A stretch of DNA of 61,423 bases, the filler included, from Choristocarpus tenellus KU-1152 (lineage: Eukaryota > Protista > Phaeophyceae): NCBI GenBank assembly GCA_964200185.2. It is 10 parts of 10 records of this genome, joined end to end, with 100 filler letters (N's around TTAATTAATTAA, not from the genome) between each part and the next. Parts side by side here need not be neighbours in the genome. Positions count along the whole stretch, not along the records: positions 50,913 to 54,517 come from CAXNAD020018999.1; positions 54,618 to 61,423 come from CAXNAD020007307.1; 8 more parts are not named here. The stretch is one strand, 5' to 3'. This document shows, piece after piece, positions 50,813 to 61,423 of this stretch. The position numbers and the translations under genes were made by a program. Position 1 is the stretch's first letter; every line of letters begins with the position of its first letter. The notes below the pieces were generated by a model. The model did not search any database. It was not told where the DNA came from and saw only the letters and a list, made by a program, of their open reading frames with translations.

Positions 50813-51745
50813 NNNNNNNNNNNNNNNNNNNNNNNNNNNNNNNNNNNNNNNNNNNNTTAATTAATTAANNNNNNNNNNNNNNNNNNNNNNNNNNNNNNNN
50901 NNNNNNNNNNNNAAGTGGATCGATGCAAAGTGGTAACCCCCCGATCCCCCCCCTCCCCCCCCCTCCCTTCTGCACCCTTGGAGTGCCTGAGGACAAAGTT
51001 GTGGTTTGTTGAAATTCAACCGTTAATTACTTTTCCAGACAAAGTGACTCTTGATTCCTGCACCTCTCCGACTTGACTCACCTTTGCGACTCGAGCGAAA
51101 ATATATTAAAAAAATGGGTGCGTGAGGGGATACCACAAATAGCTGCAAAGAACAGAAGGAAGGAAACAGTCCTGGGGGGGGGGGAAGGGGTCCTGGAAGA
51201 GCGCGGTGGGGAAGGGGATTGAAGGCTGCAAGACAGACCTGTTGGCCGTCCGTTTGGATTGAAGGTGCAGTTGGACAGGGTGCTTGATGCGCTGGCGATA
51301 AAGTTTGTCCTTGGGGTGTTCTGCATCGCTGTCGCTGCTGCTGCTGCTGCTTGAATGGTGGTTCTGGCCAGGTAGGAACAGTTGATTCAACAACAATAAA
51401 AAAAATACCATTGAGGTGTTAGAAACGCCTTCGTAGACGAGTGTGAACGGTGTTCGAATTTTCGAGAGAGACTATACGTGTTGATCGTATATCTTCAAGT
51501 TGGTTCTGACCTAATATTATCATTACTATTATTATCATTACTATTATTATTATCACTCTTGGTAGTAGCAGTAGGTGGAAGGGTGTGGAAAGGGAGGAAG
51601 GAGCATGGGGAGTGCATGAGGGAAAGAAAGCAGTGCATATAGAAAATTTTTCAACCAAATGGGAGGGTATTGCAGAGTGTTGAAGTAGGAAAAGGGAATT
51701 AGAATTACGAAGAGTATATTGACAGACTGGCTACAGAAAACGCAC

Positions 51746-52574
51746 CTGTCACGAATTTGTGAGCAGACATTCAATCGCTTTTGTGGAAAGCAAGAGGAAG
51801 AAAATTCCCACAGTTGTAGCGTTAGATGGTTTAAAGCGTGTGTTCATCGATACTTGTAGAAGAGAAGTGAATTATTCCTGCTTTCTTCCTCTTACCGCGT
51901 CTTCTGTAAGTTGTGACCACCTTTCTGCCAACTGCTTCTGATGGCGACGGATATCCGCCACATCTGCTGTTTTTGCTCCGTCTTCAATGTCCGCCATGGC
52001 ATCACTATCTTCGTCCCAAGGTGAGACCTGGACAACTAGGGTGTTCTCACCCGCGCCTTCGTCATCAGTATCAACTACCATGTGCCTATGTTTACTTGGG
52101 GTCTGGGAAGATCCTATGGTCGACTCCGTTCCTGGTACCACTTCAACCTGGGTGTACCAGATGGGAGAGATTGCTTGTGACATAGAGCAATCACACTGTA
52201 CTTGTGGTAGGACTGCGGCGTCTTGACGGATAATCGAACGTAGACGGGTAGAGAGGGCGCCAAAATTGCCTCCCACACTTGCGTCTTACCATGAACATAC
52301 TGAGAGGTCGCGGATTCAACTGGGGGCAAAACATGAAGATATATGTGCTTGCTAGCCACTGTGAGAGTTCATGGCACATTAAAACTGAATTGATCCACTA
52401 CCAGAATGAGATATAGTCGGAGGAGTCATGCCCCTGTTGTCAACACCTCTTTACAGGGATAGGACAGTGCTATAATTCACGTAAGAACTTGGCCACACAT
52501 GAGGGGCCCCCCACCTGGTCATCATCATCTTCATCCGACTCTACCATCATCTGCCTCCGCCGCATCGCCGACAT
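51746..52574 (-). CDS. Hypothetical spliced protein, 5' exons (acidic N-terminus). Further exons likely down to ~51240
   Basis: Candidate exons 52574-52515 (MSAMRRRQMMVESDEDDDDQ), 52147-51896 (VEVVPG...RHQKQLAERWSQLTEDA) and 51777-51746 (RLNVCSQIRD) have GT-AG borders and compatible phase. No family recognised. Confidence 0.5.
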
Positions 52575-53606
52575 GCTTCAACAAGCTTCAATGCTACTAC
52601 CTTTGTTACAGCCCAAACAGAAGACACTAGTTCAAGAACGAAGTTTTGTGATTGTACAATACTCCCCCTACCCTTTCTCAAACCCTAGTACAATTTTTCA
52701 AAATTGAAATTTGGTAAATATTTCAAGGGGGTAGAAACCCCCGCCTCAATCCGTACGTTGCAGTTCTTCATCAGCACACTTGCAGTATGCAATTTGTGGT
52801 ACATTGTTGGAGAATTTATCGTTATTAACAGGACAATTTTCGCCCCCTCGACGTGCAATGGGATCCGGTAAGCAACCACACCATGGAGGAGGTCTCTCGT
52901 TTCCCTTTTCTGAGAGAAAAGTTGCAATTGTGACGAACGTCGTTCCAAGACTGCCATGACACTCACTGCTGAGGATTTATTGAGTTGCAGATTCTTAACA
53001 TGACCACCGAGATCATACTCACCGCTGTTGCCATACAAGAAAGTACTGAAGGAACCGCTCGTCCGTGGTCTCTATGTCTAGGGATGAGGCTGAGGGGTGG
53101 GGCTTGGCGGGTGGGCCGAGGTCCTCGAACAGTGGTTCTATGTATCAGGTTGTTACTCCTGCTCCTGATTGGTGCAAAGAGTTCAGCGCTGGTGGTCCGA
53201 CCCACTGGACCATTAATCAGGCGTAATGTGAGGAGAAAACTAGGCTGCGAATTCGAGATGTAAAGTAAAAATCTCGAATCTTCGCCCAAGCCTTCGCAGC
53301 AGAATGTACCTCGGTCGATGTTGCAAAATCTAAGCTTTCTTGGTTATTTGAACGGGTGTGAGGATCGGCATACGAGTCCATGTGCATATCAATGTTGCAA
53401 GGCAGCCTAGAGTGTAGATATGTGCTCAGCTTTTCTTCCCCACCTCAGTTGACCTGGTACTATGCACTCGCCTTCTACAGTGGCGCAATAAATACACCGC
53501 ATAGTACATTAAGCGGAGAACCTCCGATGGCCAACATTGCCAACCCTTGGGTTCTTCATGATCTCGCACTATGCTCCCTTCTTGCGCCCCTATCTTCCCA
53601 CAACAG

Positions 53607-54463
53607 ATAATTGACACTGGGGGGCGAGTGACGAGCATACGCACCATGTTTCCTTCCACGCATCGTAAGGGTAGTCAAGTCACCATGAACTCCATGGCTT
53701 TTGTCCAGCCCGCTGTAGCGGCTGCATCAGTGAAAGCCGTCGCGGAACTTTTGTCTTGCTGTGGAATCGGATTCTATGCAGCCAAGCAGGGCATTCTTAG
53801 TCCTCCGAACGTCTCTGCATTATCCAAGGTGTGGAACCGAAAGAAACACCGATTACGGTTTCGAAACACCCCGTTGTCTCCACTACTAATAGCACGCAGT
53901 ACAACAGTACATTCACATTGCCACAGAACCTCTCTGCGGCACTTACCACGCCTTAAATCCTCTAATCGTCTTTACCAGCATGACCATGACGTGGGATTGC
54001 CAAAGAACCCATCACCTCCACTTACAAAAGCACATGGTTACTCATATCAAGGTTCAACTTGTTGCGTGGTGAACCAGGCTGGTAACTATAAAAGTCGAAC
54101 TTGAAGAAACATCAGAAATGCTCTCCAGCTCCCAAAAGAGGCACGAGAATAGCATTGGTGCTACTGTCAACCTCCTCCCAGAAAGAGCTTCCTTTCCACC
54201 CCCCTCCTTCCCTCCCGTCTTACCGTTCCTCCCACCCTACCCCTTGATGAACGCCTCTCCTGCCCTAGATCGTGTACGGCCTCTTTCTTCCAGCGCTGCT
54301 CGTGGTGAACGTGGCCGAGACAGTGGTAAGCCAACCGGTGGCTTCACTACTTCCGATTCCGATTTTTGCAACCGTGCAGATTGGCCTTGGCCTGCTCCTC
54401 TCACGATTGACGATGTGGGCATTGCGGGTGGACCCCGACACGGATGCCGGGAGGGAGTGCAAG
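53607..54463 (+). CDS. Auxin efflux carrier (AEC/PILS-like, Mem_trans family) transporter, partial (2 exons)
   Basis: Exons 53607-53828 and 54269-54463 give ...AAASVKAVAELLSCCGIGFYAAKQGILSPPNVSALSK|IVYGLFLPALLVVNVAETV...LLPIPIFATVQIGLGLLLSRL. G(F/Y)xxx+xGIL...LS+xVxxxFLPxL is the AEC N-terminal signature. Confidence 0.85.
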
Positions 54464-54617
54464 GTGGGTCGGGTTAGCTATGTGTGCATTTTGACTTCGA
54501 TTCTCCTGTGGACGCGGNNNNNNNNNNNNNNNNNNNNNNNNNNNNNNNNNNNNNNNNNNNNTTAATTAATTAANNNNNNNNNNNNNNNNNNNNNNNNNNN
54601 NNNNNNNNNNNNNNNNN

Positions 54618-55255
54618 TGTTTGATTGCCCACTCGGCAATCCCGTTGCTTTCGAGCGTGCCTGGTGGGGTCTTGCACCATTTCACGCCCCGCTCTGTCGG
54701 CATGCGCTGGAACCTTACGCTCCTCCCGAACTCACCAGCGCCATCCCCACTGATGCACCTCACCACCACCCCTTCTCAAGCCATTTCGTTGATGTAGACG
54801 GCGGTGGCCCCGGTAGCAGCGTCCTTGGTACGCAGACCCATCACGCGCTTCTCCCGGCTGGCCTCGTCCACGAACACCGGAAATTACTTCATGCCCGTCA
54901 CGTCCCGGTCGAAGGGTCCCTCCAGATCTGTGTGCACCACCTCCCCCACCGTCTTGGGACTGCGGTTGCCCCGTGCGTGACTCAATGCCTCGGACTTGCA
55001 CTCCTTGCATATACCTGGCAGTGGAGCTCTGAGGCGACTGTAGCATCTGCGATGTCCAGGAGGCCTTGTTTCTCCAGGTGCTTGATCACGAATGGTGTTG
55101 TGCCAGTCGGAGAGGAAGAGACGTTTCTGCTTATTGGCGTAGCCAGCATTGACCGTTGCCTGACCCTTCTTCCCCTTTTTTACGTGAAACTGGGCCCACA
55201 GCATCAGGAAGGCTCCCTTCTCCTCCAAATGGATCTTGGCTGTCCCCTTTGCAGA
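54618..55255 (-). mobile_element. Ty1/copia relic: GAG-pre-integrase and integrase core (stops/frameshifts)
   Basis: WHN...CKECK...VGEVVHTDLEGPF...FVDEASREKRV...RCISGDGAGEFG...ESNGIAE(W)AIK. Confidence 0.92.
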
Positions 55256-55986
55256 TATACCTTTGTGTTATGTGCCTCTGAGCATCTCTCAAGTGACATG
55301 AACAGGATTCCCCTTCTCATTCTTTGCAACTCTCTCCAATACATGACCCCTGTCATCAATCATCATCATCATATGTTATCACAGTACAAAAAACACGATT
55401 AGGACAACTGAAAAATATTGTTAGGTCACACAAGATGGAAGACACAATTAAATGGAAGGAAATAACAAAAAGAGGATATGATGAAAAAAACAGCGTTCAT
55501 CACTGAGGAGTAATGGTTATGGTGGGTGGTGGTGGTGGTGGTGTTGGTGTTGGTGTGTTCAGCGACCATAGCTGTCTACTTCGGTGTGACATACATAAGC
55601 TATCACATCTTCGTTCGAATGTCACTCTGCCACGAACGACATAGCACTCCAGTTTATTATTGACCCTCGTAGTTCAACCGTCAGCCTCACACATAAATAC
55701 CTTGGGAAGTCACTCATCTAGCATGCAACCGACGCAGGAAATAGGTGTCTCCGTTTGAACACTGTTTCCTTGATAATCTCAAATCCAGTTTTCTCAAGAG
55801 CAACTTTGTTGGACAGGAAGGATGCTATTGAGACATTCCCGTTTCCTCAGACCTATATGTCAATGAGGAATGTGTGGTGATATTAGTGGCTTCATTCTAG
55901 ACCACAAGTCGTGAAAGTCCCCCCAGACTAAAGTGAAGGCAAATAAAATCTCGATGGGTTGATTTCTTATTGCTGCTTAATGTAAG

Positions 55987-56138
55987 TGGCTCACGCAGGA
56001 CGACTGACGCAGCTACGACTGAAGCAGAACGACTGACATAGTACCAGTGACGCAGAACGAGTGACGTAGTGCGACAGACACAGACACGTTTACACAAACA
56101 CGTTCTGACGCGTCTGCTGACGTGCGCAATAGATAACG
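55987..56138. repeat. Short dispersed CpG-rich repeat, second copy at 59559-59682 (possible small solo LTR)
   Basis: Both copies start tggct(c/g)acgcagga(c/t)gactga and end gcgcaa(t/a)agataac(g/a). TG...CA ends are intact in the second copy. No TSD seen. Confidence 0.6.
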
Positions 56139-56539
56139 AGGCAGAGCACCCCCCACCTCGAGGGATGGTGCTCACTCCGCTAATAATTATTCATTCATAC
56201 CACATGAAGCAAAAACTCTATTCGAACAGCTTTTGCACAGTGGTGACCCCCGCCAAAACCAACAAATTACCACAGGAAGTCATATCAGCCTTACTGTGGG
56301 AAGGTTGACTTGGTGCAGCTTAAGGGGTTTCCACCAATCTAAATGCAGGAAGAGTGGCAGCACATCTGGTAATACTGTGAGAGTGGTTAAGATGGTGATG
56401 TGATGGTGGTGCAGGGACTGCACAAATATCGATTAATTTTTACCACATCCAAATCCCAATATGTATGCAGCGCCATATTCTGAACATGCATCGAACATGA
56501 GGCACATTAAGGATTCGCATAGTGTAGGTCAGCATTATA

Positions 56540-57760
56540 AATATGGGTATGGGTTAGTTGGCGCTGTCCAACAGGACCTTAGCCGCAAAAGTGTCTTACC
56601 TGTCATGTCAATGCCAACTGAGGTAAGATCACCCAATATGAAACGTCAATGCTTGAATTTGCACTCAATTCTGTCGCTGAGATACAAGAGGCTCAGAAGC
56701 TGCCATAGAATGCGTTTCTGTAGCGGAATCAGGACGAAGAGATGGAGTATCTTCATAACCCGTGCGACCGACTTAGCAGATGTATCCCCTGTACCAGCAC
56801 CTCTCATACTTTCCTAAAACCGATTGGGAGGTAGATGCATTTGACGTTGATGTCATTCATTAAGAACCTGCACTGCGATTGCAGATTGACATAGGCTTTC
56901 CTTTTGGCCTCTCTTACCATATCTGTTGCAGGAGATAGCAGGATTCTTTTTATGGTCTGCACCTCCATGTTTATCTTTTCCTGAATCTTCTTTCTTGGAC
57001 TGGTCCCCTATCTGGTTCTTGTAAAGATGTTTCTTGCGACCTTCATAGAAACGATAACCTCATACTTCTTGAATCTCTGGGCATGTCGTTTCACCAGGTT
57101 GAACAACTTATAGAAGTCCCTTACACGTGGATCATCATGAGCTATCACAGTCAGCATCACCCTCTTCTTGAATATGAAAGGGATAAGACGTGAAAGAATA
57201 GCTTCAGATGAAACGTTCAACAGATATTCCTTCAGCTTACGTCCTTCGTCAAGAAAGTAGTTCATCACCTTGCAGTTCTCAATTTATAATAGGAACTTGC
57301 TCTATTGGGCCCTTGCAAGGTTTAGAGCCGCAGACTCTGACCCCACATGACAGCCTTATACGGATTGTCACGGTTTTTCACGCAGTTCCATTTGTGTCCC
57401 TCCTTCACACCTGCGATTTCCTGAATCGAAGCAAGAATAGTCTTGTCCGTAGCTTCTCTCCACTTGTATCTGAGGTCCTCCGCAAGAACCTGTCTCGTTC
57501 CTGCTACCAAGGACTACTCCATCACACTATCACCACCCGCATGCCACCTTTCCCATACTGGATGCGCACGCTCTCTTAGTAAACGCGTCTCACCGTAAGT
57601 ACCTGTGTACATGCTCCTCAGTTAGGTCCTCAAACCTGGGGACCTCAACATCGGTTAACTTCAATGCTGACATGTTGAGAGACCAGGTGAGGTTGCCTTC
57701 TTCGTCAGCTGCTTGCCTAATCTTGGTCATGATGTGCACTATCCGTATTTCAACAAGCTC
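56540..57760 (-). mobile_element. Heavily decayed LTR-retrotransposon gag-protease region (probably Ty3/gypsy-like)
   Basis: Broken minus-strand ORFs (57510-57322, 57268-57008) with gag-like helical composition, followed by DTFAAKVLLDSAN at ~56595-56557, which resembles an aspartic-protease LLDSG motif. Confidence 0.4.
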
Positions 57761-59744
57761 CACGGTCACTTAACCACCTTACACAGTCAAATCACTTGAA
57801 GACTCTTCTCCAATTCGTTCTGATTATGATCTGTAGCGAAAGGATCATTCAGCCTGTAAGGACTCTGTTCCTTATAGCGTCTGCAGCATCTCTAGTCAAG
57901 GATGATGTTTAGGGATTGAACCATCATCGTGTTGATTCGTGTCCTATTTTATTTTTATTAATATAATCTGTTAAACCTACCTGCATTCCTCCGTTTTTGC
58001 CTACCAGCATGATATGAACTCCTACCACACTGGGTTCAAAGCACGGACTGTCCGCACTCCGCACAAAAAACGTGAACCTAAATTGTAGCCTGATTGGAGA
58101 GACAGCGCGATTAGTGGGGTGATGGACCACAGATGATGCTGGGAAGGAGACTGTATTAGCGGTTTGGAGACCAATGGATGTGAGGCACGTGTTGAAATAC
58201 CAACTCCAACGTATGGACAAGGTGGAAGAGGAGCGAGTCAGGTATATAAGGTCAAATGGGAGAATTACCAATTGCAGAATGTCTAGTTTGTTGCAGAACA
58301 CTACAAGGCACACAACACATCTGGTTGTGGAAACGTCCTTTGTCATCACTTGATTCCAATGGATGATGAATCACACATGTTCAACATGTCTTGATCAAAA
58401 AATGAGGTTTGAAGCCACACATCTGTTCAGAAACGTCCGTGGACCAGTACATGAAGACCACTGTGCAAGAAAAGATCAAATCTAATCACATTTTTATGTT
58501 CAGCACTACGATGATAGTGCACCCTTTCCTGTGGTCCTTCGTGTAATCACATGTAGAGATAGATGTACCATCTATGGGCATTTCACCTATGCAGACAAGT
58601 AGTTTCCTAAAACAGAAATATTACCAACCCTAACATGACATACAGCAAAAACTCCTGCGGACGTAGTTAACCTCCATTCTAAAGGATAAATTATGAAAGA
58701 ACATCTCTATACACAACGAAGGTGAGGGGAAATCGGCATGGTGGGTGGGGGAGTAGAGCATTTGAAGGAGTGACAGGTTGGTGAGATGGTGCTGAACCCA
58801 ACACACCCTACAAACTGAACTAGACTTGGGCGTTTATATAGGATGTTCAAGCATAAAAAGTGATCCCATGTTATTGTTATGACTTATTTTATTGTTATGA
58901 CTGATTGCTTCAATATTGTTTTAAGCTCAGATTGTGTGGATCATGACCTGATTACCCCAAGTTATTTTCATATATTGTCGATACACAGTTTTTAAGGTAA
59001 GTGGTGCTACACCCTCAATCACCGATTGTCGCATGCTGTGACACCACAGATTGGAAACCTGTTGCCAAGAAACAATATGTTTTTATCAAATGTATTTCTC
59101 GTAACAAAGAATGTGTCACTGCTTACTTTAGTTCAGATTAACGGAACTATAAAGCTCTATATTCCCAACGGTTACGATATGGTATTTCGTGAGCAAAACG
59201 GAACTGGAGGTTGAAGAAAAACTCACTCTACAGTTCATAGCCTAATTTTTTGTAACGAGGCGATTAAATACACAATTAAAAATTGCCCTGGTTATATTCT
59301 ACTATAATTATATTGGACTCATCATGACGAGGAACTCTTATAAAAGATCATTTCCAATCAGGGTGGACTTTTCAAAAAGAGGAACATGTGTAATATATAT
59401 AGGCTGGTAGTCTATAGGTTTCTTATGTGTTTCGTAACCAGTATTATGTATGTAACAGGAATGTTGACTGACTGGCTCAATTGTCGACGACTTGTTTCAT
59501 TACGCTTAGAGCAATAGGTTCGAATCTCGACAAGTTGATTTTCATTGCCTAATTTAGGTGGCTGACGCAGGATGACTGATGTAGTACTACTAGTAACACA
59601 GAACGACTGATGTAGTACTAGTGACGCAAAGCGAGGGAATTAGTGCGACTGAGACAGACACGTTCTTGCGCAAAAGATAACAATGCAGACAACTCTCACA
59701 ACAACTATACCGCATCCTCCAACCAGCATACCACCTCCCTGCAC

Positions 59745-61423
59745 CTCCTATGGCTGGCTGATACATTGTTTGGGGAACGCAGCGCGTACGAGGAGTACGT
59801 CAAGCATCGCTAGGCTTGTGGTCCTGCTAGGCCAGGCCACGAGGGGGGCTGTAGCGATGGTGGTCAGCACCCACGAGAATAACGGCAGCCCCGACGGGAG
59901 GGCGGCCTGGCTCGAGTTGGAGCAGATCTATGGGGAAGGCGCTGCGGTGCAGCGGCCCATGCAGCTCATAGCTCTCGAGATGAAGCTGAGCGACATGTGC
60001 TGCTCGTCAGTGGAGGACGCTGCCGACTTCGTCATCCGTCTCGATACGTCTGGACAGAGTACGAGCAGCTGGAGGCGACCAAGGAGTACCACACCAAGAA
60101 GGGGCTCTGATCATCGCCATCAGGGACAGCATGCCACAGGTGTTTGCACAGCTGTCCACAGCTCCAGACATCACCTACGACCAACTCAAAAACGCCTTCA
60201 TCTCCTCCTCTTCATACATGACCACGAGGTCACGGAGGAAACGACTTCGAGCTCGGGGGCTATGGTGCTCTACACAGTTGCAGGGACACCACAAGGAGAC
60301 AGGGGCGCAAGAGCGGCCTCGGTACGAACCAATGTCTTTTCTGTCTCAAATTCAACCACAGATGGAAAGAGTGCCACTAGTACATGGCTGGCAAACCTTC
60401 TACTAAGCGCCCCCACGGGCTTGGGGCGACGCACAAGTTTCCACCATCAACAACCAGAGACCAGAGAAGCGGTGGTGGAGAGGGTGGCAAGGTTCATCGC
60501 TAGGGCTCATCGCGGGAGTTCCTGGTCATAAACGTGTCTGTTGGGGAGGACGTGTACAACAGGATGGTCGAGGCAGCGCTCCTGTCCTCATCTCAAGATC
60601 TGTCCAAGACCATTAGCCTACTGTGCGACTCGAGTGCAAACGTGCACCTTACCCCCCAACTGCGAACCTCACTACAGCAACAGCTACCACCCGCACCTGC
60701 ACCTTTGAAAACAAAGGTACCCTGGACACACGAGCAACCGGCGAGATGGTCCTGGAGGCAACGACGACACGGGCACGCGGACCACGATTGTGCTCCAGGA
60801 TGTGCTCTGGTTACTGGGTCTGCCATAAAGGCTTCCAAGCACAGGCAGCGTAATGCGCAAGGGAGGTGAGTTCGTGGACTCAGGGATCAGGAGGAGCTAC
60901 ATCCAGCCCAACAAGGGGGCAGCCAAGATCCATTTGGAGGAGATGGGAGCCTTCCTGATCCTGTGGGCCCAGTTTCACGGGAGGAGCGTAAGGTTCCAGC
61001 GCATGCCGACAGAGCGGGGCGTGAAATGGTGCAAGACCCCACCAGGCACGCTCGAAAGCAACGGGATTGCCGAGTGGGCAATCAAACAGGTGATGCAATC
61101 GGCGCGAAGTCAGCTGATCCAGGCTGGACTGGGGGAGGAGTTTTGGTTCTTCGTGGTGGCAGACGCCACACACAAGACCACAGGCGTGCCACACGAGTAC
61201 CTGGGCGGCGAGACACCATGCGAGCGCCTGACCAGCAAGCCATTCAACTACAAGCGGCTCTGTGTGTTCAGGACGGAGTGCTTCGTGGATCAGACCAAGC
61301 AAGCAACAGCGCGGCGCCAACGCCAAGTTCCACCCGTACGTGAAGTGGGGGATCCTCGTCGGCCACAACAGGGCGGCACTGTGCTGGCACGTGTTGACCC
61401 CGCATGAAGGTAAGCGGGTGACC
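59745..61423 (+). mobile_element. Ty1/copia relic: gag, CCHC zinc knuckle, protease and internally deleted integrase
   Basis: Gag motif PDGRAAWLELEQIYG; CLFCLKFNHRWKEC (CX2CX4HX4C) at 60333-60374; LLCDSSANVHL protease motif; ESNGIAE.AIK...ARSQL..AGLGEEFW...TP.E.L...P....L.VF..C integrase tail. Multiple frameshifts. Confidence 0.93.

Noticed and set aside
58990-59550. AT-rich coding-like stretch as a third bacterial insertion
   Set aside because: No diagnostic motif found in the frames I translated, so its origin cannot be supported.
55987-59682. Two similar short repeats as paired LTRs of one intact element enclosing the gypsy-like relic
   Set aside because: The copies are quite diverged, no shared TSD, PBS or PPT is visible, and the internal region is a mosaic. 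Cannot be supported as a single element.

Overview
This is not a contiguous locus. It is a concatenation of ten short eukaryotic contigs joined by artificial 100-bp spacers (44 N + TTAATTAATTAA + 44 N): 1-16338, 16439-21356, 21457-26031, 26132-33655, 33756-36961, 37062-45037, 45138-48002, 48103-50812, 50913-54517 and 54618-61423. Gene structure (short GT-AG exons in kb-scale, repeat-filled introns), interstitial TTAGGG runs and the transposon types suggest a photosynthetic stramenopile, probably a brown alga. That assignment is inference. Partial spliced genes that could be reconstructed by hand: a DUF445-family membrane protein, the last exon of DCAF7/WDR68, a DEAD-box helicase (DEID variant), a SUGP1-like SURP splicing factor, the 5' end of IGHMBP2/SMUBP-2, an auxin-efflux-carrier (AEC/PILS-like) transporter and one hypothetical gene. 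Mobile DNA: an abundant ~180-bp MITE family with 3-bp TGA target duplications plus a related second family, Ty1/copia relics, a probable Ty3/gypsy relic and a CRE-like non-LTR endonuclease fragment. The most notable observations are (i) two decayed AT-rich bacterial gene fragments embedded in host DNA, an N6-adenine methyltransferase and an alphaproteobacterial/Rickettsiales-type map C-terminus inside an intron; (ii) a ~16-unit, ~30-bp-phased CCAAT-box array in an intron; and (iii) an interleaved A-B-A'-B' inverted-repeat element. No CRISPR array, rRNA or tRNA was found, and no intact novel multi-gene system is supportable.
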